From Tubulanus polymorphus (lineage: Eukaryota > Animalia > Nemertea): a stretch of DNA of 64,000 nt. Shown piece after piece: positions 25,759 through 36,562 of this stretch. Within the stretch, counting starts at the first letter, position 1. Every line of letters begins with the position of its first letter. The notes beneath the pieces are model-generated. The model was not told where the DNA came from and did not search any database. It worked only from the letters and a program-made list of their open reading frames with translations. Location of the stretch: NCBI RefSeq assembly GCF_964204645.1, contig NC_134025.1, forward strand, positions 16,033,101 to 16,097,100. Direction: 5' to 3'. A program made the translations under genes and the position numbers.

Positions 25759-27557
25759 TATCTTATAAAATTTAAAATTTAAAATATAATATTCCTCCTA
25801 TTATAATACCTATACAAGTTATAGCTAATTTAGTATTTTCATGTGATTTACTATTATCATTACTTTTAATTATATCATGTTGAATATAATCAGTTTTAAT
25901 ATTTCTGATGTATTGTAATCTTTTATTTTAGAATCATTATTTGATTTAATATTCTTAGTTTTAGTTTCTGTTGATTGAATATTTTTTTTATTTTTTCACC
26001 TTTCCATTAGTTTTGAAGAAGTGATAATATTTTTATTTATATCATTTAAACCAAATGAAATATTCATTGTTGCAGTTTTAATCAAATTACTATAACCAAT
26101 TATATTTCCCATTTTTAATATTAAATCATCAGAAATAATTAATAAATTAGGACCTATACGATAATTTAATCTTACATGTGATTGATCTATATAATTTTGA
26201 TATGTTATAATATTTTCTGGAATAGATCTATTTCTATCATTATGAATAGAATCTTCAAATAATACTTTGAATTGTTTTTGTGTATCAAATGATGTATTAT
26301 CATTTCCAATTATTGGGGATCTTGTTTCAACCTGTGATCCTAATATACAAATCAAATATATTCTAATAGATTGATTTATTCGTTGTATACCAGGCTTGGT
26401 AAAACCCTCACTATTTTCTAAAATAAAATAAACCCAACCATTATTGTTTTCTTGTTTTGAATAATCGTAATATTTCGGTAATTCATTGAAATTTAATGTT
26501 TTTAAATCCATGTTTTCTATTCTACCATAATCTAATTTATTATTATATATATATTATAAGAACTATTAGCTGGTATGGGAAGTGTGCAATATCATTAAAT
26601 ATTTTCAGGACAAGGAAGTGATTATTGTTTTAATTTTTGTTCGAAAATCAGAATTATTTATATTTATATCAAATTCATTACAAACTTTATAAAACTTTAT
26701 TATTATCTTAATCTTTAAAATATCTAGATCCTGGTAAAGGACACTCTTATTCATTTAATATTAATCTTATTTGAAAATAAGTATGATATCTAAATAAACT
26801 TAATTTATTTAGAGTTAATTTATATTTAGAGTTATTTAAATGATCATTCCAACCAGGGAAGTGTGATGAGATGGAATACGGACGCTTTTAATTGCCGGAT
26901 GTAGGCTATTCAATTCAGCCCGTACATCAAAGGTTACCGCAACAGCAGTAAGCTACGCTTATCGAGTGTGTGTTACCAGCTGAACACCAGTCAACATCAA
27001 CTTTGATTCGGTCGCAGAACAACCCGCAATAGTTTTAGCCCGATAAATGTTCTGCGATCGATACTACGCATGCGCACTGCAGCTCATTGAACAACGTGGA
27101 AGTGGCTCTGTATACACATATTTTTCTTTAGAAAATCGGTTGAAATTCAACAATTTCTCGTAAAATTTGTCCAAAAAGGTATGTATTTTTATTCTTCTAT
27201 ATCTCCGAAACCCGGTATCGGAACATTAAGTATTTATATTGTGATTAAAGTCTGTTTTTATGTGTTAAACATATGTTTTTGCTAGTTCGTTCCGATTCCG
27301 GGTTTAGCGTTATTTGGGCCTTGAAGATGTCAAATATTTCGGCCCAGACTCGCGCAGCTTTCGTTTCTGACGTCATGTTGCTATGTTACGACACAAACAT
27401 ATACACGAAGTATGATCTTTAAAATGTGTATTTACTACATAATAATGTTACTTAATAACGCTTACATTAGGCCTACAAATTATTGTCCCCCATATAAACC
27501 AAGTTGCCTAAATAGCATCAGCAATCTCATTTAATTAACCTTTTCTTGTTTTTAGTC

Positions 27558-27890
27558 ATGGATGTTTGTCGATTGTGTGGAAAAAATGCGAAACCTCCGG
27601 ATCGTCGTCCTATCGATAAAAATAATTTCAAAAGCCATGTGAAGGAGTTGTTCAACATTGATTTTGATGATGATACTGAACAGTACCCGATATATATCTG
27701 TAATATGTGTCATGTCAAATTACAAAAATGGCGTAAGAACAAAAACGTTAAAAAAACTGTCCCTGTGACTATCAAATTAAAACAATGGACATGTAAACCA
27801 CTGGTCAATTCCAAGTCTGGACGGCGACGTATTTGTAGTCAAAATTTTATCGATCGATTTTCCATAATGTACTGCTGCCATTCCATTTGA
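27558..27890 (+). pseudogene. Truncated N-terminal C2-C2 zinc-binding domain (RAG1-N/Chapaev/ZAD-like)
   Basis: MDVCRLCGK...FKSHVKELFNIDFDDDTEQYPIYICNMCHVKL. No catalytic domain follows. Confidence 0.55.
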
Positions 27891-28439
27891 ACTGAATTTA
27901 AATACTCGATGGTTAATCACTTCAGTCATAGCCTTTTCCAAATATATAGTGTTCCTGCGAAGATAATAATAATGATTATTATTTTAAAATGTACTTATCT
28001 GGATTTTTTATATTATGTTTATATATTATTTTCTGTATTCGTTTATTATTTTATAACCTAAAAGGATTGTATTGATTATAAAAATAAATTTTAAAAAATA
28101 CCTGTATGTGTGTTTTCTCGTGTTCAGATCGCAGTCTCTGGTCAGCTGAGCCTGAGAAGTACCTATATGAAAAAGAAAAGGAAAGAATAAAGTGCCTGCA
28201 ATTAGGTGGAAACTATTCCGATATTTCATTGATTCAAAAGGAATAACACTCACTAGAATCGGCCGAATTAGTTGATCCTGATCCAGAGGATTCCCGTAAT
28301 ATTTCCGTATCGATCTGAACCAATTCGTCACTATCAAAGAATAGATCGTCAAAATCGTCATCATTTATAATTTCGTTGACAACCGTTGCCATTTTAATAC
28401 AGTGGAAAGAACCGATATCACGATTGATAAAACACTATA

Positions 28440-28850
28440 TCCGTCTGAAGCGATGTAGAGAGAATCCCACAATGATAACGAAAAAGTCCAAAAATGTTAG
28501 TAGTTTATTCAACGTTTCGTCTATGTCCTAATAGTCATCTTCAGAAATAATGAATAATACAGAAATTATGAGAGATATATACAATCCAGAGACAAAGAGA
28601 CTAATTCAAGTAATCAGAGATGATACTAACTAAAGGAAAATTAACGTAGAAACAGTTACACGCTAAAACAGATTAAAGAGAAGCAGTTAAGAGACAAACT
28701 AGGGGACACTTAAATTTAAGACAATTGTGAATACAAGTTGATCGACTAAAATTGATGAGGGGAAATCAGGTGTTGAGTTTAACCAGTTTACAGAGGAATT
28801 TTTATATAAGTTTATTGTGGGATGAAAAACCGATATTCGGAAACAACTGA
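28440..28850 (-). mobile_element. Penelope-like retroelement 3' fragment
   Basis: The minus strand carries the Penelope-typical CTGAAGATG..CGAAACGTTG..AATAAA terminal motif, downstream of a GIY-YIG-tail-like peptide (HPTIN). Limits are approximate. Confidence 0.5.
28508..28550 (-). ncRNA. Minimal hammerhead-ribozyme-like motif
   Basis: CUGAAGA-U-GACUAU(UAGGAC)AUAGAC-GAAAC-GUUG: the CUGANGA and GAAA cores flank a stem II with one mismatch, and there is a palindromic AACGUU. Confidence 0.45.
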
Positions 28851-29414
28851 ATTATTACGGAGATTCCCGATCTCGCTGGTTATCGCTTATCGGCGCGTTA
28901 CGTAACAAAGCGCTCGCCGACGAACCGTTATCGGCTTTAGGGCAATTACAACGCACATTCGACAAGAGCTGCACAATAGCGTCCGTATTCCATCTCATCA
29001 CACTTCCCTGTTCCAACTAATTCCACAAACTGTTGTTGCGCAATAAACTGCAAAATTTAATTGGTTCTGCCAATACTTCATATTAGATTTTAATAAACAT
29101 TGTTTTGCTTCTTTGAATTTTTTAAAATTAATTAAGTATACATGAAATATATTCTCCATCTTTACATCAAAATTATTAGTTTCAGTAATATAAATATCAA
29201 AATTAATTAATGAATTTAAAACTAAATCTTTATATGTAATATTATTATTAAAATCTATTGCTGGAATATTATATTTAATTGATTTATTAAAATGGAAAGC
29301 TTTTGGAAAACTATCTACCAATTATATAATAAAAAAATTGATAATTAATTCATTCTTTTAAGAATTTATCTTGTTCTTCAATTGTTATATTACCATTTAA
29401 ACTAATCATATAAT

Positions 29415-29702
29415 CTAAAGTATTTTTAATTTATTAATTTCTTTGATATTAGATTTAATTTTTTCTTTAATAATTTTTACATTCAATTTTGAGCTAATAT
29501 CAGTTAATACACTTGAACTTAAACCTAGCACACCAATTGATACAGCTAAAGGTGTTAATGGTGAGAATATTGCTAAAAATGTAATCACTGTACTAATTGT
29601 AACTGAACCACTTATAATAAAATAATATATAATTTTAGATTTTAAATATTTTTTCTTTTTTATCTTTAAGTCACTTTCAAATTCTAATATTTGTTTCCTC
29701 AA
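29415..29702 (-). pseudogene. Two-TM small protein of the virus-like cluster
   Basis: A basic stretch followed by two hydrophobic helices (IIYYFIISGSVTISTVITFLAIF; LAVSIGVLGLSSSVL). The ends are degraded. Confidence 0.5.
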
Positions 29703-29792
29703 ATAAAATTATAATTCTAATTTTTTTTATATCATGAATAATATCTATATTATCAACTTTATCATCCATTTATTTAACAAAAAAATATATAT

Positions 29793-30432
29793 TTAATTTG
29801 TAAATTTATCCGCCACAAATATAACAATAACAGTTCCACCTAAAATCCAAATTATTTCATATCTCTTCCGTTCATTACTTGGTGTATACTTATCCGATAT
29901 TGTAGGTTTATATAGATGTAATTTTTCTTTATTTGTTACTGCGTTATATAAACTCATAGCATCATCGACTGATTGAAAATCACTATGTGAAATTTCCTGG
30001 TTATATAATTCTTTATTACCATATAATTTTGTCTTTTTTTCTCTATATTCTTCCTCAGCTTTATTATATTTTTCTAATGCTAAGTTATGTCTTTTTTGTT
30101 CTGATAATGATCCATTTTTATCAATATGCTTAAATAAACATCCACCACCTGTAAATGCTAAAGTGTTAACAATTGCTGATCCTATTATAGTTATAATTGC
30201 AGGAATTGTCAATAGGAGTAATATATTTTGTTTTTCGAAATAATCAATAGTTAAATTAGGTAAAGTAACTGCTAATGTTAATTACAAAATACCATTTATA
30301 TCAAATCTATCAACATTAATATTTCCCATTTTGAATACTTTCTTCAATAATATTGAATCACCAACTGTTCCCACTGATAGTAATGCTCCATTATATAAAC
30401 CAGTTATTATCCACTTATTATCACTATTTATT
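29793..30432 (-). pseudogene. Small membrane/coiled-coil proteins of the virus-like cluster (two adjacent, now fused ORFs)
   Basis: 30432-30213 reads GLYNGALLSVGTVGDSILLKKVFKMG..(stop)..DYFEKQNIL. 30212-29793 reads IGSAIVNTLAFTGGG..EQKRHNLALEKYNKA, with a C-terminal TM segment. Confidence 0.55.
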
Positions 30433-30722
30433 TATAAATAAATTGCCCATGGGCAAAGAGTGGTTTACCTTGAAAGCTAGAGGTTGTTTGGAGTAAGGGC
30501 ATTGCTTGAAAAATCTTTTTAATTCGTGACTTCAAAGTTCCACAAGTTTATATTGTATTTTATCTTTCTTAAAGAATTATTTTGTGGTCAAATAAGACCA
30601 AAGATATACATTTGTTTGCGGTCCACTTCCAAAATTTTGTAGGGTACAGGTAGGCGCGGCAGGGAAACTATTTTATATTTAAAAAAAAATATGTTTCACA
30701 ATATGAAAAAATATTCAAATAA

Positions 30723-31266
30723 GGCCATCCCAAAATAATTGTCTGTTAGCCGCAACACCGACTCAACTTTTCAGGATGAGTCGGTAGGTAGGTAGAAATT
30801 TATTTTTGCAAAATTTTTGGGCAAAAAAAAACAAATTTTTCCCCTTTGGGCTTTTTTACATGGAAACAATATCGCAAAAAAATCATCTATGTTGCGCACG
30901 GGAAATTTGTCTAATAGCGTAGATTTGAAGAATTATTCTGAAATTATAACTTCGTCCAGAGCGTCATCTCAGTGTTAAAAATGAAACAGTACATTGAATA
31001 TGTGCGAGCTTTTACGTTACCAGCTTTAATATAGTCACTATTAGAATGAATGGCAGCTTATTGGAACACTGCCAGTTTTCTGGAAACTTAAACTAGACCA
31101 CATGTCAAGGCATGTTTTCACACGATGCACACTAGAATTTAAACATACGTAGCTCATAGTCGGTCGGCCGTTTTTATCAAAAATATAATTTATTTCAATG
31201 AATCCCAGAGTCGGGTTGGTCGGGTTGGTCGGGTTACGGCAAACAGACCATTATTTTGGGATGGCC
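30723..31266. mobile_element. MITE with GGCC termini (possible non-autonomous Zator-type)
   Basis: TIRs GGCCATCCCAAAATAAT.GTCTGTT.GCCG.AAC.CGAC. Flanks are TAA and TTA. Confidence 0.8.
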
Positions 31267-31292
31267 TTAAATTCATATGATTTCACATATCA

Positions 31293-31808
31293 CAGGGATG
31301 AAAACAGGAGGTATTGAAATCCGCGGAAATTTTGAAACATTATGAATTTACCTTTACACTATATAACCTACTGGAAAACATTTAATAATTCACTGACGAT
31401 ATATTATTCCTAATTGAAAAGCGATCGCCGTACGGAACGCAGTGGCGCTAGCAATCCGTACTGAGGCACGATATGTTAAGGCAAGCGAACACAGTGGCGC
31501 TAGCAGTCGGTACTCGGGAATTCTTATTTCAACGCCGGCGCAGTCCATTGCTAATAGGATAAAGATTCTCATAGTTTTCACGTTATATTATTGATTTTTT
31601 TACATACACAATCTGATCGTACATCGTAGCGATATAAAAATAGAATGCTTTTACGGTTCGGTTCGGTAGGCCTATGTAATCGCTACCGATGTCCACCACC
31701 CCCCCCCCCCCCCCCCATTTCTCAACGGATTTGCACTGATCTCAAGAATGATAAAAATGGGCCCTTGTCCGCGGAAATCCGCGGATACGCGGAAGATTTT
31801 CATCCCTG
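31293..31808. mobile_element. hAT-like MITE
   Basis: TIR CAGGGATGAAAA / TTTTCATCCCTG and subterminal CCGCGGA repeats. ATATCA lies on both flanks; only 6 bp of duplication is visible. Confidence 0.7.
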
Positions 31809-32820
31809 ATATCAGAGGGTGGCTGAATATTGGGTTTTGGAAACCTCTTCCAATGTTGGCCACGGAAGCTAAAATACCGGTACAGAAGAAATCAGCAAAT
31901 AGATCGTTTTAATTCCTGGAATTTACAACTACAATATTCAGACCTCGACAGACCTTACAGTTTGCCGCTTAGTATTTTCAGGTCACAAGAAATTACAATT
32001 TATTACAAATTCGATCGAACAGAAAACACAGCGCTCATCTTCTGCTACGATTATTCAGCCTATTTTCATGTCAAACGTGCACGCGTTACAGCATCACCCT
32101 TAGTAGTTTACTGTACGAGCTTGTGTGTGTGTCGTGTAGCACTCCGCGCGCATGTGGAGGCCTCGTGTAAGTGAATACTCGCTTACACCTCAATGTCAAT
32201 CAAAACAATCACCAGGTATTAAAATGAAAAAATTCCTATGGCAGATGAGTGAAATGATTACATCCTCACCAGCAATGAGCATTTGAAATCGGCATGTATT
32301 CGGCACCTAGTACAATGAAACGTACGCCATTCTATGGCTTTCCCATAATTATTTTAGTAGCGCCGGAATTCCCCGTATATCCCCAAAACAGCCAATCCCA
32401 TTCGCTCGTAGAGACTACGCCCCCCAATCGAGGTCATTGCAATTTAATACGCGAGAGCTAAGAATTTTCCCGCCAAAAACAGTTTTTGTAGAATTTTTAC
32501 TCAGTTGATCATGTCATCGACGGAGGTTCACCATGTAATCAATCGCATCGATTATACGTCGTTGAAGCTGAGAACCAATGAAACAAATGCTCACATAAAA
32601 AAACGTACCGCGATTTTATATGAATTGGCTCGATGCCAACATCATATCGCTGACAAAGGTAAACCAAAAAATCACCTTCTTCAAAATATTTAGTTATCTT
32701 AGTTATAATTATTTCAACATTTATAATATTATTAGTTTCATTTTTATATATTTCAGTTATTATTCTTTTAATCGATGATAAAATCTTGATCTAATTCATA
32801 AAATCTTAAAGAATTTCTAA

Positions 32821-35545
32821 TAGTATAGTATTGTATAGTATAGTATAGTAGTACTTATTTATCATTTGGTTGTTACATTATTACATGATTGATATTATAT
32901 AATATACAGTGAAAAAATGTAACAAGAAAATGTGGACTACACAGAGAGATCACAAGGATCTATCAGAGCTGTGCCACCCCAAAAGAAAAACATTAACATT
33001 CATACAAATTCACTCTTACACATGCACACTACAAGCACCACACGTATACACACATGCACACTGCATCAGTAAATGCATTCAAACATAGAAATACAACATG
33101 GTAGTTCAAAATACATAATCACGATACTAAATATTTACGTTGAAATACAGATAAACTAGTAGAATTACGAATCCGTTTAGGGTTAGTATTCCAGAGAAGA
33201 GGTCCAGAAATCTTTACTGTGAATTGTCTAGAATTAGTTCTATAATTTGGCGGTCGTAAATTATCCATCGTCTGGGTGTTGCGATTGTGAATGTGATGAC
33301 CGAGTTGCCAGTAATTGGAGAAAACTGTAGGAAGTTTTGCATATACGAAGTTATAAACAAAGATAGCTTGTTGTAATTTGTTGGAACTAGCAGTAACCGG
33401 TGTGAATGGAGGTTCTTCGGCTGCGGATAAGTTACTGGCCTTATTAGCATTGGTAAACTGTTGCACTAATGCCGATTTTCCTTGATCATTCAAATGTATA
33501 CCGCTTTTATCACTCATCAAATAATAGCGATCGCGGACACCGCCGGAAGGTTGTAGAATAACATCATTATCAATGAATACATATTTTTGTTTATCACATA
33601 GTTTATTGCAGTATGTGTTAACCGTACTTGGCCCGTACCTGGTTACAGCCCCCGGAGTGCCTTTTTAGGGATGATGCTTGATACGTAGACGCAGGCATTT
33701 TCAAACTGATCCTTAACTTTCGATAAAGCTGAAGGTAGAGTCTGTTCACAACGAGTTGACGTGCGGCTTTTTCTCCACATCAAAGAGCAGCTACTGCTGT
33801 GAGCTGTCAGATAGCTGCTACACAAATGATCCATCACAGATGTGCTGACCCACTGCAGCCCAGCGTCCACCAAGAGTGCATAACTACACACACACATAAC
33901 TTGCATCTCCAACCACTCGGTTCTTTAATATTACACAAGTCAGTTTAAAATGCAAATGATTTGGTTGACGAATTCATTATAAATACCAGCGATGATTCTT
34001 CGTCTGAATCAGATTCAAACTATATAATATGGATGCATCCGCAAAAGAGAGTGACTGGATAGATTGGAGTTCAATCTGTGCCATCTTATTATCTAGATAT
34101 AATATAGTGCCATTTCTCTATGAGTGAAAACCACGAAAATATCAGTTGTCTAAATGCCTAGAGCTCTGTGAAAATATGTTACAAAAATATGTGACTTGAC
34201 ATGTGTTAAACCCAGATATATCTTCTTTCGTTGAATATTCTGTGAAATGAGCAAAATCCTCGAAAAATCCTCTCCTTTCTAACAACTGCAACTATTTTAT
34301 CTGGATCACTGCCAGGCCTTGCCATCCATCAACTCTACGTCAACATTCAATAAGAGTGTATAAAACAACAAGATAAACTTAAATTCTTCTATATTCCTAA
34401 GACTGCATGTCTTGTGAAATCTTGCTAGTTATTCACTCTTGCTGAATTTGTGTACAAAACCATAGCAACAAGCCACTTAACTGGCTCAGCATGCACCCCT
34501 GCAACACAGTTCACTACTGTAAACTGATACCCCTGTGGTCAAAAAGCCGCACGTCAACTCGTTATGAATAGACTTTATATCTATTTTGACTGTATCACAG
34601 TCAGTTCGGTGCCGGTTTACGTCATTTGTGCCTAAGTGCACAATGACGTCAGATATCAGTGATTTCTCGTTTCTTTTCAAGCAGTTTATCAATATTTTCC
34701 GCCGTAGCACCTGGCTGTTGGACTACGCGGGCGTCTGGAAATACTAGGTTGCGAGCATTCGAAACACCGAGAACTATAATTTTGTTGTCGGGAAAGCTAT
34801 TCCCGATTGAGGTAGTTTCTGATTCCGAATCCACGCTATGGCTGATCATTGCTCGGCTGGTTTAGTTTAGGACAATTCCGTTGGACGTGACCGGGAGAGT
34901 GACACTCAGGCGTTCCGGTCTATTGACTCTCAGTGAACTGTCAGCTGATTTATGATCATTCTGTAAACACAACTGACATATCCCATCGCAGTATATTCTA
35001 ACATTGAAATTCCCAATTTTCGTAAAATATGGGATTGGTTGTTTTATGCTGGAAAGCTGTAGAAATCGTGTGCCAGTATATAAATTGGTGCCTTTGATAA
35101 TAGTTTTCTTGATCAAGTTGCTTACATAATCCCCAAATTTAGAAATAAACAAGGCAATTATGTGATCGCCCATTTCAATTGGCGTGTCTACTACTTTAAT
35201 GTTATACAGCTGTTTATCAACATCAGACAGTTTCACGAAATTTCCATCGATATCTAGGTAATCTTTTACCAATTTATCTCAAGTTTCCGAGTCCACAGTT
35301 GTGATAATACAGTCAGAATTTTTGATCTGAATTGACATAATTTTACTTACATCTATTTTTTTTATAATGGCGTTAATAACATCCAAATGCGAAAGTTTGC
35401 CACTTGAAAACTGGCTCAAGTGGAATTTAACAGATTTTTCGCGATTTAACATTTTGATCTGGCTGATAATAAACACACGAATACGTAAGATGCTTTTCAG
35501 AAACCGGAGCTCGAAATCAATATGTCGATACACAATCTGCCATGT
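32821..35545 (-). mobile_element. Internally deleted CR1-group LINE (degraded ORF1 plus ORF2 tail only)
   Basis: ORF1 fragments: an RRM-like region (IQIKNSDCIIT; TGTRFLQL..KIGNFNVRIY), a knuckle CQLCLQNDH, and an SGNH esterase (VLGVSNAR, PGAT, HLGTND, SGIHLN). These join in frame to a CR1 ORF2 C-terminus (GPLLWN..IRNSTSLSVFQRK). (ATACT)n tail at 32821-32852. Confidence 0.8.
33738..34575. mobile_element. MITE with TA TSD, inserted in the LINE esterase domain
   Basis: TIRs (G/A)AGTCT(G/A)TTCA(C/T)AACGAGTTGACGTGCGGCTTTTT. Removing the element plus one TA restores KIDIPSALSKVK in frame. Confidence 0.85.
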
Positions 35546-36562
35546 TGAATAATTAAATCAGTAACCTTTTCTACATTATAAGTTTCTTTATTCATTGTTG
35601 TTTCATAATCAAATGTTGTTTCATTAAAAAATGCAATATTTCTAATATGTGTTATTACATCATTAATATCAAATTTCATTTCTTTCTCATGTTTAAAGGC
35701 CAAGGAGTATGGATGCTAGTTAACCGAGTGGCAAACACTTGAGATCGGCCGTCCCACTAACTACAGTGTCTTGTTTATTATGTTTAGAGTGAGCAAGGAT
35801 GGCTCACAACATTAACTGCAGGTCACACACAGTTAAATTTGACATATTCGTACAAGTTTTCATAACAAGTTCCAAACTAATTTTAACTAATCTAGTTATA
35901 GTGGGAATGAAAATCTGATGCTAGTGATAATTTTTTGTAGAGATAGGGCCAAGATTAAAGATTTAAGAGACATTAAAACATTCTTTTGAAAATCATTTAT
36001 TTTTATCCGATTTCGATGAAATTTGGACACAACATTGATGGTAGATAGCTAAAAAAGTGTACGAAATTTCAGACTGATCCATTGACCATAGACAAAGTTT
36101 TGATGTTGCCAAATTTTGGTACTATGAATGAGGCTATGTTTTGTTTATGTATACTGATGACTATAGGCATCATATTACTGTTACTGTGCTCTGTGAGCTA
36201 CACTAATTCACTGGATAACTCCTCCCTCTATGTCATTCAAAGATTCAAATTTAGAAGGAAATGCCAGTTAAAAAGCTTTATTTCTCGAAGAGGAGGGCCT
36301 AAAACACATACATTTTTGACTGCAGAAATGAATATATTACACATTAATACATATGTCTGACAAAAAGGAGGATCCAAAACGGATAACTGACAGAGAAAAT
36401 AGGAGAATTCCAGTTTCAACCGTTGGAGCTCTCCACTGCACTATGGCTTCATGGGTACTGCCATCTTTGACATTGATTGGGCTTTTATACTGCTCCTCGG
36501 CCTTTAAATTCAAATCCAAAACATATACTCGGTCCTACTGTTATATTCATATTCATAGATTA
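35545..36562 (-). pseudogene. Hypothetical protein of the virus-like cluster, split by the Kolobok-like MITE and truncated by the CR1
   Basis: Excising 35697-36503 plus one TTAA gives MNMNITVGPSICFGFEFKHEKEMKFDINDVI..DLIIQ. AT-rich coding-like sequence resumes at ~32820-32690 (ILSSIKRIITEIYKNE..KDN*). Confidence 0.55.
35697..36503. mobile_element. Kolobok-like non-autonomous element
   Basis: TTAA on both sides. Termini are AGGCCAAGGAG and CTCCTCGGCCT (5'-RR). Removal restores the host frame. Confidence 0.75.

Larger units (their letters stand above)
26854..29010 (+). mobile_element. Non-autonomous TIR DNA transposon with a 7-bp TSD (P-element-like)
   Basis: Perfect 33-bp TIRs CAGGGAAGTGTGATGAGATGGAATACGGACGCT. 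TTCCAAC is duplicated on both flanks (26847-53 and 29011-17). Confidence 0.85.
25771..29321 (-). pseudogene. Hypothetical protein of the virus-like cluster with a C-terminal TM segment, split by insertion 26854-29010
   Basis: Removing the insertion joins YWQNQLNFAVYCATTVCGISW to NDHLNN..FRYHTYFQIRLIL..LPG, then GFTKPGIQRINQSIRIYLICILGSQV, ending HENTKLAITCIGIIIGGIIYFKF*. Several stops and frameshifts are present. Confidence 0.65.
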
